Assembly: GCA_965113315.1 (NCBI GenBank) | Contig: OZ220365.1 | Strand: one strand, 5' to 3' | Origin: Podarcis vaucheri | Taxonomy: Eukaryota | DNA length: 64,000 nt | Shown: one piece after another, positions 1 to 12,812 of the stretch | How the letters are laid out: the number at the start of each line of letters is the position of its first letter | How positions within the stretch are numbered: the first letter of the stretch is position 1 | The notes under the pieces: generated by a model | Told to the model about the DNA's origin: nothing | The model's input: only the letters and a program-made list of their open reading frames with translations | Database searches by the model: none | Program-made: the position numbers and the translations under genes

Positions 1-469
1 GTTGCCACCTTTCTCATAGGTCTGATCCCTATCATCCAGTAATTGCTCTTTTTTTCCCCATGACTAATTCTACACACATATCTGTCTCTCAACGTTCCCT
101 CCAGATTTCCAGAAGAACAGGGTTCAGTAAGTTTTTAGAGATGAGCTATATACTCTGATACAGATTCACCTTCCTTCAACCTCCTATTATGGAATTTGAA
201 ACGTTTCACAATTATACTTGGCCTTGGAATATAGTGGTCAGACAAGATCTTTTGCAACTCTGCCAAACTTTTATCCTCTGGCTTTTGTGGTTTTAACAAG
301 CTTCTTAAAAGGCAGTAAGTTGAACATCCACAAGCACTGAGAAATGCTGCCTTTTGTTTGTCACCTCAGTGATTATATTAGCAAGGAAATAGTGGCCCAG
401 TATGTCAACATATTGCTGCCATTCTTCTGTTTCTGAATTAAATTCCTCAGTTTTTCCACAGGATGGCAT
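1..469 (-). pseudogene. Ty3/Gypsy LTR retrotransposon gag N-terminus, disrupted; runs off the left edge
   Basis: Minus strand from the ATG at 469 reads MPSCGKTEEFNSETEEWQQYVDILGHYFLAN..., then after a frameshift AFLSACGCSTYCLLRSLLKPQKPEDKSLAELQKILSDHYIPRPSIIVKRFKFHNRRLKEGESVSEYIAHL*KLTEPC...LRDR. This is the typical vertebrate Gypsy gag pattern, with a frameshift and an in-frame stop. Confidence 0.88.
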
Positions 470-484
470 GCCTGGTTTTTTTTT

Positions 485-494
485 CTCATTGCCA
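485..494 (-). other. Primer-binding site of the Gypsy element (decayed)
   Basis: TGGCAATGAG on the minus strand lies just inside the LTR end and ahead of gag. It equals the common Gypsy PBS TGGCGACGAG with both CpGs deaminated. Confidence 0.65.
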
Positions 495-495
495 C

Positions 496-854
496 TGTTA
501 AATTCTTGTTTATTTAATATATAGGCCCAGAATAAGAAGCATACACAGGAAAAGGAAAAGGAAAGTAACCACAAGAATAAGCTAAACAGTGAAGTCTTAG
601 CTCTAACTATCATAACTGGAGACAATATTAAATCTATAATTACTGATTACACAAGTAGATTAGTTCTTTGGGGTCATCTGACTCCCTAGGCAAAGAGGAT
701 TGTGGTTTGTACTGTGCAGGCACAACTAGGACAGTGTATAATTCAGGAAGACAGTTTAAGTCCAGCAGTGGCTGGCTTAGGGCAGCTGGCTACTAATGAA
801 TGGTCACTGTTCCCTCCATCCTGGGATACAGAAAAAACTCCATGGAGAGTAACA
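496..854 (-). mobile_element. 5' LTR of the Gypsy element
   Basis: TGTTA...TAACA inverted termini (496-500 and 850-854), a minus-strand AATAAA close to the PBS-proximal end, and position directly next to the PBS. The distal boundary is less certain. Confidence 0.6.
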
Positions 855-3800
855 ATGACAGAGGGTCTCATGTGGCCGCTTAGGCATCCACCCACCCCCC
901 ACCCCCCAAAATGGCACAAGCTTCCATGGCATTTGCATATGCTAATTTATGGGTATAAATACAAATTTATAAATAATGTCTATAATCTAAATAGAAACAA
1001 AATACATCTCATCATAGTGGGGAAGACTGCAACCAAGTGACTTCTGTGTCTTCTCAGTCATCTACCAGGTGCTGTTGATGGACAACTTCAAGGTCTCTGC
1101 TCTCCCTTCATATAATTACTTTGAAATTAGACTTGTACCACATAAGAGCCTCCTTCAGTAGAGGATTCTCCACTGAAAGCTCTTTAAATAGAAAGTTGCA
1201 CTCTGTAATGTAGGACCTATGACCATCATAAGAAAGCCCCCAATACCTCATTCAGATTCTGCTCAAAAACTGAATGTTGCTACCCAAGGCAAAGCAGGAA
1301 GAGGCAAAGCAGGCAGATGTGTAATGAACTGCACTGCTGGGAGGGTGATTAGATGGTACCCAAAATGAGCCGGGCAGGCCTGACCAAATGTGAGGATACA
1401 CCAAGCCAGCAAGTATTCCTTTCCAACTAGCACTTGCCCAAAATGTGTCATCAAATAGTAGCACAACTGGGTGAAGTAAACCAAGCCTGGTAGCTGAGCC
1501 CTATAAGGCTAGCAGAGTAAACTGATCCCCCTGTGCTGGTCTAGTTTCCTTGTCATCAGAATTACAGCAATTATTTTCAAAGCCATCTTGCTGAGTAATG
1601 GCTTTAAGTTTATACTCTGCAAAAGATGTATTTGATTATGTGGCTATTATTTTCAGAATTGTAGTGCTTCCAAGGGTTCATTCTCTCCTCAAGTGGTGTT
1701 TTCTGAAAATTATACATAAGAGCCTCTGGTAGAGAATGTGGAATCCAGAATCTATTGAACAAGGCAGAGAATGCAGGTAGAGAACTTGTGGGAGAAGGCA
1801 GAACATCCAGATGCCAGTCTATGATAGAGGAAGCCTAGAAGCATTATTGAGCATTTTATACTTGCTGTGTATACACAAGCCAGACTGGGCCAGCCATGGC
1901 AACCTATGTCCTTTCCTGAAGGCACTGTGTACTGTACTAAAACTGTAACCAAAGCCACATTTGAACCACTTCTGAGCACCGGTATTCCAAGAAAGTTGTT
2001 GACAAACTAGAATGGAGTGGAGAACAGTGTTAGGTAGGAGTTCATGCCTGTTGTATGGTTCTGGGAATATTGGCAAATCACTGAGCTACGCGCTATAACC
2101 CATAGGTCCCATTCCTGGTCACTCACCACCAGTTCAAACTCCATGAGTGTATATGTGGAAATGAGATTTTTTTGCTCCTACACTTTAATATTTGTTTACA
2201 CTGAATTGCATTTGCAATTTTATTGCCCATTCACTCAGTTTGAATTAACACACATTATCTTACGTGTGTGTTTGACTTTTTAGATTATTTGGGCCTTTAA
2301 ACTCAAAGATCATAATCGCTTGGGAAAATAAATTATACAATTCACATTCCTCTGTTTTGATGTTTTCTTAGTTTTCCTAAGTATAGTTTATACATTATCT
2401 TTCTGCTACATTAACACCTGAAACAAAGCAGTGCTAAACCAGAAAACTGAACAATTACTACAACTGATTGTATAAAGCCTTCTTTTTTCCAGTAAAATGG
2501 CAAAGAGGCTATTCCTTTTGCCAGCTTGTTGTAATATTCCAGCTTCAATTTATAATTTCCAACCTCTACACTACTAAATATATTGGAGTCCTGTCCTCAT
2601 TTGACTCTATTCACCCTACAGCCATGAGGATGATAAAGATCCAGAACATAAATCATGTGAGTAAACATTAAGGATCTATGCACTTGAACTCAGTGAAGAG
2701 ACAATTGTTGACAGTTTTAAATAATAAAAGGCTGTCTCAGACAAGGGGTTGTAAAACGGGTGCAGGTGAGTAAGCCACTGCCATTGCAATATACAGCCCC
2801 CCCCAAAAAAAAAAAAAATTCAAAAGCTTTGGAGGGGTAAGATTTCAAAAAGACTAGCTCAAGTCTCAGTTATTTCCGTGGGTCTACTCTATGCCTGGAT
2901 CCAACCAAAGGTTTCTTTGTTTTCTACATAATTCATAAATCTTGAGGAACATGATCATATTTCTGGAATACATGGTCTGTTTATTTCCCTTTCATTTATC
3001 TCTGTCATTACAAGTTCCCAAGTCAAGAGAAATGGAGAAATGGTGCATTCAGGGTTCAGGTGTATGAAGATGGTAACACTGGTTGTATTTCTGGACCTAT
3101 CAAAGCTTTTTGGTGATTTGTTCTTTGGGGCTGCTAAGCTAGGTGAGCAATCTTACTAGATGCCCATAGTCCTACTATGCACTGCGATGCCTTCTTTTGT
3201 CTCAAGCAGCATGCTCTGTTTACACAGGCTCTTCCCTATGATCCCTGCACAGTATTCTCCATCACAGGAGGCAGCCTATGTTGGTAGAAAAGGATCTGAA
3301 AATTTGAAATTAAAGTACTAACAAACAAATGAAAACTGACAGATCTATAGCTCTTTGATCAAGTGAGCAGGACTTCTCTTTCTCTTACACACATATATGA
3401 AGCTTAAGACTGTACAAGGTTTGTTTTTCTTTAACTAAAAATGACAGAAGAGCAATATCTGTTTGCCAGTTTGCTGTCAGTTTTAGTCTTGGGTTTTCAA
3501 AAACTTTTGTATGAGAACATGATCACAAAAAGTTGGCCATCATAGAGCTGAAATCCACACTGAGCTTTAGCTATCACTATATTTGTTGGGTAAAACTTCA
3601 TGTGAAACCACAGCAGGATGAGAGGATTAACAACTTTACAATGGAAAACTGTGGAACCTATTCCATCAGAAAGAGGAAATAAGCTTGCTAGCAAAGACAA
3701 GACAGAAACTGGGCCAGCAGTTTGTCCACATTCAAGCATTGCTGGGAGGCAAAACCACAAGCAGAGAGCCAGAACTCTAGAAGAAACTCCACCATAGTAA

Positions 3801-4890
3801 TTTGAAATCAAGTTTGAGTGGTTCCAGATTGCGTCTGCATTCCATACTGTAGACATTGTCTTTTAAAAGAGCTGGAAGATACAAGACAACCACCACAAGA
3901 AACACAACATGAACATTCACAACATGAATGGTGTTAAATATATATATATAAACTACAGTAGCTCAAGAAACAGATATGTGGAAAGAAATGCCACCAAAAA
4001 CTCATGTTGTTATTATAAGCACTAAGTATATTATATTGCCTACTTTTCATATTTTGGGTGCTTTTTGAAATCTGCCACAGTTGGGAGGACAGTCCCTAAT
4101 CCAACTATCGTTTTAGGGCCAAAGTTCAAATTATGCAAAAGATCCATGACTGGAATTCTGGCTTGCTAACATTTGTTATTGTTTTGACTTTTTAAAAAAA
4201 TCAGGGGCTCCCAAATAGATCAGATAGAGGGAGAGGAATTGAACTAGATTGTTGTTTGCTATTGTTGTTTGCTAAATTGTTTGCTATTTTCTGTGCTGGA
4301 GAACAATACAGACACAAGACAGTATCTGTATTTCTTTGTCTACCTAGCAAAGTCAAACAACAGCTGGAGGGAGAAGGATTTACACTGGGAAATTAAATGG
4401 GAGGGAAACATTTTTCACTAACCTCGCCCCATTTTTCTAGCCTTCCAGATAAATATATTGCTACATCCAATCTAACAAGAGGGAGATCCCCTTGCTGTGC
4501 TGCGATTTAAAAGAGATAAGCCACCACCACCCCTCCCCGGCCGACTGGATTGGCGGGCCAGGGACCATGACATAGGGCTTTGCCAGCCGCCGCTGTGTGT
4601 GGAGGACATGTGATCTGACTGCAACACCATCCCACTCGGAAGTGGGACGACTTTCTCACATAATAAGCAGTATGTCCTTCAGTCATGCAATCACATAGAT
4701 CAGGGATTGGAAACTGGATCTGGCTGGTGGGATGGATCCAAAACACACACACTCTTGTGGGCCATTTTGACAGGCAGACTGCATCCTCTGTGGCAAGAGC
4801 TGTGGCCCACCTGTCAATCATATGGCATCAGATGATTCCACTTCAAAGCAAGAATTAGAAATGTGTTCCCAATTTGTCCTTTCTTCCCTC

Positions 4891-4924
4891 TGCAGCCATA
4901 GCTTGAATTCAAGCTATGGCTGCA
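4891..4924. repeat. Perfect 34-bp palindrome
   Basis: TGCAGCCATAGCTTGAA|TTCAAGCTATGGCTGCA: 17-bp arms, no spacer, no mismatch. Confidence 0.97.
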
Positions 4925-5189
4925 AAGGAAGGTTGCTGGCTGCACCTGCTAAGGAAGGAATGAGAGTGCATTCCATATGAGCCCCCATTTTTTCCTTGTT
5001 AGCTGCAATTCTACATACTGTAAGGTGACAGAAAAAGGTGCCACATTCAAAAAAGCATGGAACCAGCAACTAGAAAGGAAGGATCAGTGAGCCCCCAGTT
5101 CTTCCCTTTCAGGCTGGTCCCAGGGTTTTACCTGTCCCATACCTGAAAGGTAATAGACAGGTGACCACAGCTCTTGCCACAGAGGATGC

Positions 5190-5443
5190 AGAGCCAGTGT
5201 GGTGTAGTGGTTAAGAGCGGTAGTCCCGTAATCTGGGGAACTGGGTTCGCGTCTCCACTCCTCCACATGCAGCTGCTGGGTGACCTTGGGCCAGTCACAC
5301 TTCTTTGAAGTCTCTCAGCCCCACTCACCTCACAGAGTGTTTGTTGTGGGGGAGGAAGGGAAAGGAGAATGTTAGCCGCTTTGAGACTCCTTAAAGGGAG
5401 TGAAAGGCGGGATATCAAATCCAAACTCTTCTTCTTCTTCCTT
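5190..5443 (+). mobile_element. Squam3-like tRNA-derived SINE, full length
   Basis: A-box-like TGGTGTAGTGG, B-box-like GGTTCGCGTC and a (TTC)n tail; highly similar to the copies at 10181-10842 and 34470-34709. Confidence 0.88.
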
Positions 5444-8400
5444 GCTTTTTGTAACTGTGTATGTGGAATATGATGGCATAAGCATTAGAGTAACCACCTC
5501 ATATTTAGTTAGTTGTATTTTATACCCGACGCTTCTTTCAAAAGCTACACAGAGCAGCTTGCAAAATGTGAACGATATAATCAATGCACTAATATAATAG
5601 AAAATAACAAATTACCAACACAACAGAAACAGTACAGTCAAGCATTAAAACACCATTACATGACTAAGGAGAGCCAATGGCCCACTGGAATAAAACTGGC
5701 CCCACTGCATGTGTTAAAACTAGTAAAGATCGAGTCTCTTACATCCTACTGTCTTAGTCTAATAGGCCTCAACTTTTTTTTTAAGTACAGACACTGTTGT
5801 AATCTCTGCTGCCGGTATTTCAAAGTAGAAAAAAAGTTTCCACTTACAGGAAATTGTCACTGGTGAACGAATGACAGCTTTTCTCATTCATCCTGCATTG
5901 AGATGACAGCTCCAATCAAATACAATTGTAACAAATTGGTTAGCATGACCATAAATCACAACTCTGCATTAGGGGTGGAATTTTCTGAAAATCCCTTTGC
6001 TTCCTCCAGTGGTCCCATTCTGGATCAGGCTCCTGCGTCTGCAATTTTGCACTGCCACTTGCTCTGATAAAGCTACTCCCCATCTACCTCACAGTGAACT
6101 ATGGAGTACCTAATATTAGCTAAAGCTGAAGCTTGGAGAACCACCCCACCAAAGTTGTCCATAAATGTATTCTTATCAAGTCATGCCTACACCACAAACT
6201 GTAACTGATAAACACACATACATAGATCTCCTTTGGGGGCATAGCCCACCCAATGAGACTACCCAAGCAGAAATGACATCCATTCAAAAATAGCTTGATC
6301 ACATAACTAGATTCTCGCGGAAGCAAGCAAAGGAACTGGCATAAAACATACCATACTCAATGTAAGTTTCCTGCCCAAAGTCCTGTTTGATGTTAAACAC
6401 AAATGCTGTGAATATGTCCCCATGTGAAAGTTTACAGTCACTTAAATGTGATTTCCACCACTGATGGTTAAATGCCTACTTTCAGACATTCACAACATGT
6501 ATCTGGATTTGTCGGCATTCACATTTCAAAGTCTAGCTTGTATGAATAGCAACCTGCTATATGAAACTAGTATTTTTTTGCAACTGAACTTTTCTTTGTC
6601 TTATGTACAAAATACAGCTGGTGAATCTGAGGAGATAGCTTAAAGGATTTATCCAATATGGTACAAATTATATGGTTAATTTAAGAACAGAAGGAAAGGA
6701 TTAGAGAATAATCCCAAAGCATATGGAAGTGGCTTTAGAATAGTTGCACATCTCTCTATCAGTTTCAGGCATGAGTCTGGTCCTCCATAATTTAGGAAAC
6801 CCAAGGAGATTTGTGTCTGATAGATAAACCCCTGGCAAAGATCAATAGAAGAAGGGCTGAATTGACCTGAGAACTTATTTTGTTATGGGAAGACAGGCAT
6901 TCTGACCTGAGGCTTATCCTCGTAGCCTGCAAAAGCACCCTATGCAGTGAGTCTAGGGGAACATTTTACATTAATGCATTAGCATTGTAGAAATCCAGGA
7001 AGACATTAAGCCTTCTCCAGAGCAATAACGGCTCCAGTAGCATTTGCATTGCAGACGTTCACAGTTGTTTAATTTGCAGAAATTGCCAAGAATTAGTGTT
7101 TGGAAGACTGAATTATTGCTGAGAAGCATTTAGTTATTTGAACTCATTTGTACTGTTATGTTGAGGAGAATATTGAGCATTATTCACCATACTGCTTGCT
7201 TTAATTACTGAGTAGGGAGTGCTTCACCACAAATGTGATTTTGATACAAGAAAAGAAGAATTTCATGTGCCCTTGTCAAGCAAGTTTCACTACTGAAGGA
7301 TTTTGTTTGCCAAAAAAATACAGTGCCAAGGTCAGTATGCCCTACAGTAGAAATGAGCAAATAAGGGCCCTCTCCCAACAATATACATAACAGGGTTTGT
7401 TCTTTGTCTAGACAAAGTGTGGCTTGACTAATGTGGAATCAGGCTTGTACCCTAGGATAGGTGTGGATAATCGTCAGTCCATGGGTTACATGCGTCCCTC
7501 AGCTGCTCTTCATTCAGCGCTCCAAGATTCAAAGACCCCTGTGCACTTTTCTTGACTGCCAGGCTGATCAGCCATCAAGTGGACAACATGGAAAAGATCA
7601 CTGGGTGCCAGGGACAATGATATTGATACCTGGGGAATGAAGGCTTTAAGCTGCCCCTCCACCACAACTCTGCATATGCTCAAAATCACTGTCCCCCACA
7701 TGGCTAATAGTAGTGCAGAGACAGCAATTTTGGCTGCATTGGAATTGCTAGAGAGTGGCGGCTTCAAGCTCGCTCCACCATTAGGAGACTGAAGAATGAA
7801 CGCCAAATATCAATGTTGCAAAGGTTGCATGCATACTGCGCTCAGGTATTAAGCACTGCAAAATACGGACACTTTGAATCAGCTTTATGGTTATGGAACA
7901 ATAGCTTCTGCAAGCACAAATCAAAGCAGAAGTAAAACTCCATCCAATATTCACACCAACAAAGGGGCTAGTAAAATCAACAGCAGGAAAAGCCACTGGT
8001 TCGTTGAGCCTTAATGCTTTAATGTTGCATCTCAGCTGCTGTGTAAAGAGAGAAATGCATTTTCATCTCTGGAGTGGAACAAACGGGACTTTGGTGTTTC
8101 AGCAACAGTTGTTTTTTCTTGGCAGATGTTTCAACACTCAGAACAGAAAAGATCAAAGAACACAGTTCAGTGCCGGGGGCGGGGCGGGGTAGGAAATCAG
8201 GGTTATTCATTATTTCAACAATCTTGGTTTCTTTGCTTGTTCTCTTGTTTGCATTGTTTTCTGGCAAACCAAATGGTGTCACTCCAGAAATACACTGGAG
8301 TGGTCAATAGTCTGGATTGTTCTTGGGCAGTAAACTCTCTATGGTAGTACTAAGTGTTAACGAAGCTAACATTAAAGATAGCTATATATTTATTCTTTCC

Positions 8401-9100
8401 TTGACAAACACAACGATTCAAAATACATCAACTTGTCCAAAGGCACGATTTTCTATGGCGCAACAGATATTATGCAAGGTGCACTATTGATGCATTGTGC
8501 CTCTCTTGAAGTAAAAAAGGCACAATACATTGAAGTGGCTTGAAACTGAGGCTAGACAAATTTAGACCAGAAACCTTGCTTTGGACACATATAATAGTCA
8601 TTGTATGGATGAGCAAGGGCCAAAAAAAAAGAAAAGTCTCCTAAAATCTTCTGCCCCAGGGCCCACTTGACATGGCTGAAAACTACTGAGAACCACCAAA
8701 CACAAAATGGTGACAGAGTTTGGCACTGGTAATTACTGGCATCATTTTCTAGTGATATGATCCCACATTTTAAAAGAAAACAATGTAGTGAAATAGAAAA
8801 TAGTATTAAAAAGCTCTGTTCTATTTCAGTATGGTCTTGGCATAGAATATATATAGTTGCAAGTCGTCTGCAACTCTGCAGAGGTAGGACTTGCTGCTGT
8901 GTTGCACTGCTCAGCTATTATGTTGACCGTCAGAATAACTTTGATGTAGTGTAAGCAGATGAATCAATCTCATGTCTAAGGATAAGACAGCATGTTTTTA
9001 CTATCTAACTTGCTTTGGAGCATTTAAGACTGCCTATAACATAGGACCTATATGTTTGACAGTTTTGTATCTGTTGTTTCTAAGGTATTTATAGGCTCAG

Positions 9101-9180
9101 GCTGCAATCCTATATACTCCTACCCAGGAGTATAAACCCCATTGACTCTACTGCCAAGAAGTTGTGTGTAGGATTGCACT
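9101..9180. mobile_element. Short palindromic non-autonomous DNA-transposon relic (GCAATCCTA...TAGGATTGC type)
   Basis: Terminal inverted repeat TGCAATCCTA / TAGGATTGCA; similar decayed copies near 17030-17092 and 48266-48350. Confidence 0.5.
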
Positions 9181-9929
9181 ATTGGCTATTTTGGGCAGAT
9201 ATTCAAGAACAGGTAGGCTAAAGCTCAACACTTGAATCAGTTTTATTTGTTTTGGAAAGCATAAGGGACATTCGCAGTTTGAGGTTATAGTAAACTCTGT
9301 CTATGGGGATTTATATGCCTAATATACTTTCATATTTAATGCAAATAATAAATATATATAATGTATTCATGACAAGACATTATTTCTTTTAGGACTTTTG
9401 ACATTTTTTATTTGAAGCATTTGGGATGACTTACAGTTTGGTTGGTTCCTAATAGACTGTATCTTAAAATTTAGATGCACCGGAATATTGCCGGTGCATA
9501 TTGAATTTCTAGTCCTCATGCCAGCACAAGTCAGCTGGATGGCCTGCTCATAACTCTATTGCCACATCTGGGATCTGAGCCCTTGTTCCAGATGTTTCTT
9601 GTAGGAGCCATTTCTATCCCATATGTATATATTTCATTCGAGGGTTATTTAAATGTTCATAATTTGATGGAAAATATATGCAACTAGACATACAATGCTT
9701 GGGGCAACAGTATATATCTGTATTCTTAATGGGGTTTATTGTGCATTGCCTTATGCACTGCTTTTTTCAGTGATGAAGCAATTTATAAATTCAGGGTGAT
9801 ATGTAACTCAATCATACTCGGAGTAATCATATCCAGTGAAATCAAAAGATTTAAGTCCATTTCAGTAGGTCAGTTCTGACTATGAAAACCATCAGGTATC
9901 ACACATAATAGGAAATGCTTTGTGTTCAT

Positions 9930-10040
9930 ACCCTTCAGAAGATCTAGGACTCCTATCACCCAGCCAGCATGGCAAATGGTTAGAGATGATGGGAGCTGGA
10001 AGTCCAGTAACATCTGGACACCACAGGTCCTACATCTCTA
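9930..10040. mobile_element. Small palindromic hAT-type MITE relic
   Basis: Shares the ACTCCCATCA...TGATGGGAG...AACATCTGG core with 45041-45154 and 54573-54700. Confidence 0.55.
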
Positions 10041-10180
10041 CTCTACTAGCCTCTGATCGCATACTAGTTCTAACCTGAGACATGGTTAATCAAACCTATA
10101 GTAAAAACATCTGAGAATATCTAGGAGTTTGATGTATGCAGTCTTTTTCAACTGAAATCTGTAAGTAACTTAACCCGCTA

Positions 10181-10842
10181 AGAAGAAGAAGAGGAGGAGG
10201 AGGAGTTTGGATTTGATTTTTTTTTTTTATATAATATTTTTTATTAGTTTTACAAAAGTTTTTATAACAGACAAACACAAAAAAGAAAACAAACAAACAA
10301 ACAAGTATAATTTCATAATGTCATTTCATAAACTTCTTTCCTCGGACTTCCCCATACCTCCCCTTTCTGCATCCTCATGTCCAAATTTTATAGCAACTTA
10401 TAAATGTTTTTTCCAACTCTAATTCATCATAGTCCTTTCTTATTCTAATCTTATATTACTGCAACCCTTTCTCTCTATAGAATCTCGACATTCTAAACTT
10501 CATCAAGTTTATAGTAGTCCTTAAGATAAATCTTGAATTTCTTCCAATCTTCTTCCGCAGTCTCCTTTCCCTGGTCTCGAATTCTGCTCGTCATTTCCGC
10601 CAGGAGTTTGGATTTGATATCCCGCTTTATCACTACCCGAAGGAGTCTCAAAGCGGCTAACATTCTCCTTTCCCTTCCTCCCCCACAACAAACACTCTGT
10701 GAGGTGAGTGGGGCTGAGAAACTTCAGAGAATTGTGACTAGCCCAAGGTCACCCAGCAGCTGCATGTGGAGGAGCGGAGACGCGAACCCGGTTCCCCAGA
10801 TTACGAGTCTACCACTCTTAACCACTACACCACACTGGCTCT
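10181..10842 (-). mobile_element. Squam3-like SINE, interrupted in its tail by an L1 fragment
   Basis: Reverse complement of the 5190 element: body at 10602-10842, (GAA/GAG)n tail displaced to 10181-10217. Confidence 0.88.
10218..10601 (-). mobile_element. 5'-truncated L1-clade LINE 3' end with poly(A)
   Basis: Minus strand encodes AEMTSRIRDQGKETAEEDWKKFKIYLKDYYKLDEV* (L1/Tx1-like ORF2 C-terminus), followed by a 3' UTR and poly(A). Perfect flanking duplication AGGAGTTTGGATTTGAT at 10201-10217 and 10602-10618. Confidence 0.82.
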
Positions 10843-11042
10843 AAAAAAGGTGCATAGAAAAAAAGACAGAGATATGAATTGAATGGCAGCTGCTGCCTGT
10901 TAATAAAGCCAGCTTTCAAACCTGTATTTTGCATGTCTTAACAGAGACCCTCAACATCTTTATAGATTATATTAAATATGCCGTAAATATAACCATGGGG
11001 GGGGGGACGACAGTGGGATGCAAATAAGAAGCAGGCTGGGGG

Positions 11043-11044
<2 letters not shown>

Positions 11045-11074
<30 letters not shown>
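11045..11074 (+). repeat. (AC)15 microsatellite
   Basis: Read directly from the sequence. Confidence 0.97.
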
Positions 11075-11077
<3 letters not shown>

Positions 11078-12812
11078 CACAAGGAGAAAACCTAATAATA
11101 ACAGCAGTGAAAGGATAATAATGCAGCGAAAGGATAATTGCCCAAAATATTATATACACTGTATTTTGAAGGTTACATAAGATCCTTCATCTTTCAAAGT
11201 GGCCCACCTCTCAAATGCTATCTCTTGATGCAGTTTTTCCTAGAAATGTTAATTTCATATAGGAGATACCAGGCCCTGGAACTCCATCATCATGACTTCT
11301 AAAGTATATTCCAATTTTTAGAAATGCACTCAATTCACTCTATTATGTTTCTAGCTATCTGTAACTAGCCATATAAAGATACAAGACCAACAGATTCCAT
11401 TATCTCTAATGAAATTTCAGGAGTGGGGGGCGAGATTTCAATGTATGAAGGATGAATTGCAGTCATGCACTACTGTATAAAGTCCATCCTATGGTGAGTA
11501 TGCTTCTGTAACCTTAGAACATTTTTCCAATCCTACATTTCAATGTTCTGTGTTAACATCTCAAAAATAAACTCTCTGCTCCTTAGATGCAGTCATTTTT
11601 TATACAATCATTTTGAAAAGAGATAGCTGATATAAAAAACAAAAACAGGCCAATGTTCCCTGTAATATTTTTGGGTTGCAGCCAAGCCTATTCATGATTG
11701 TAACAGACCCATTGAAATAGACAAGTCTTGTTAACCACGACTAACTTAAGTCCCACTGATTTCAATGAGTCTATTCTAAGCATGACCAAGCCTGGATCCA
11801 TTCCTTTGCTATATATACACTCAAAAAGAGCCAACCAGCTTAGTGATGATGCTTTGTTAAAAGTAGCCATGCAATAATCTTAATAATTAAACTAACAGGC
11901 CCACCAGAATTGGTGTAAATATACAATTAAAAAGCTGATAAAAGTTCTCTCTAGAAATCTAACAAAGCACAACTGTTAAGCAAGATTCAGTATTTTAAAA
12001 CTTCTGCTTTATACAAGTTGCGCAAAAGAAGCTGCACAGACTGATCCGGTAGCATTCTGGACTGCACCACACCAAACTGAACTGAAACTTTTTTAAATGT
12101 TCCCTCAAATCAAAATCTCTTCAATGTTAGCCAGCAGGTCACGGAGAGGGCTACAGTCTCTCTGATATATTAAGGCACTTCCAGACTGCCACTGTTTTGT
12201 GAGTATGATTCAATCATACACCAGCAAATTCAGGCTGTGCAATTAAAGTAAGCCGTGTACTCTTAAAACAACTTTAAAAATTAACTTTATGCAATAAATA
12301 AAATGATGGGAAAATATTGGTTAACAATTACTTGACACATCATACAACCTCTTAAAAAACAAATCATAACTCATATCCAATAAAGAACTAATCTTATATA
12401 ACCACCCCACAATCTTTGTGCAAAAAAATTAGGATTGATATATTTTTACATGGCAGAGTATTCAAAAAGTTTACACCCCACTCCCATGCCTGCAATATGA
12501 AGTAGTACAGCTCAAGGCTTATACTGTACTTCCTCAGCTATCTACTTCCTTCTGTCATATGTGGATCATCTCTTGGTAGATATGGCAAGGTACTTGTTGC
12601 TTTTCATGTGGCCTATGTTTCTTTTTCTTTTTTGTAAAGGAATGTGTATGGTTCTGATACATAATTGTTAGCTGAGCCTTTGTAGTGTGTGTGGGATATG
12701 ATTCCAAGTGAAATGAAATGGTTTTAATGCAGAATGTTATTTCCAGAATGAGTTGTGGAGAGATTTTTCAGGGGTAAATATTTTTAGAATACTTCACTGT
12801 CTGCCTTTACTA

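Noticed and set aside
931-946. ATTTGCATATGCTAAT paired octamer-like palindrome
   Set aside because: It lies in what appears to be a decayed repeat beside the Gypsy LTR, and there is no independent support.
5084-5597. Near-identical ORFs at 5128, 10533 and 34405 (SLKAANILLSLPPPQQTLCEVSG...) suggesting a gene family
   Set aside because: They are antisense read-throughs of three copies of the same SINE.
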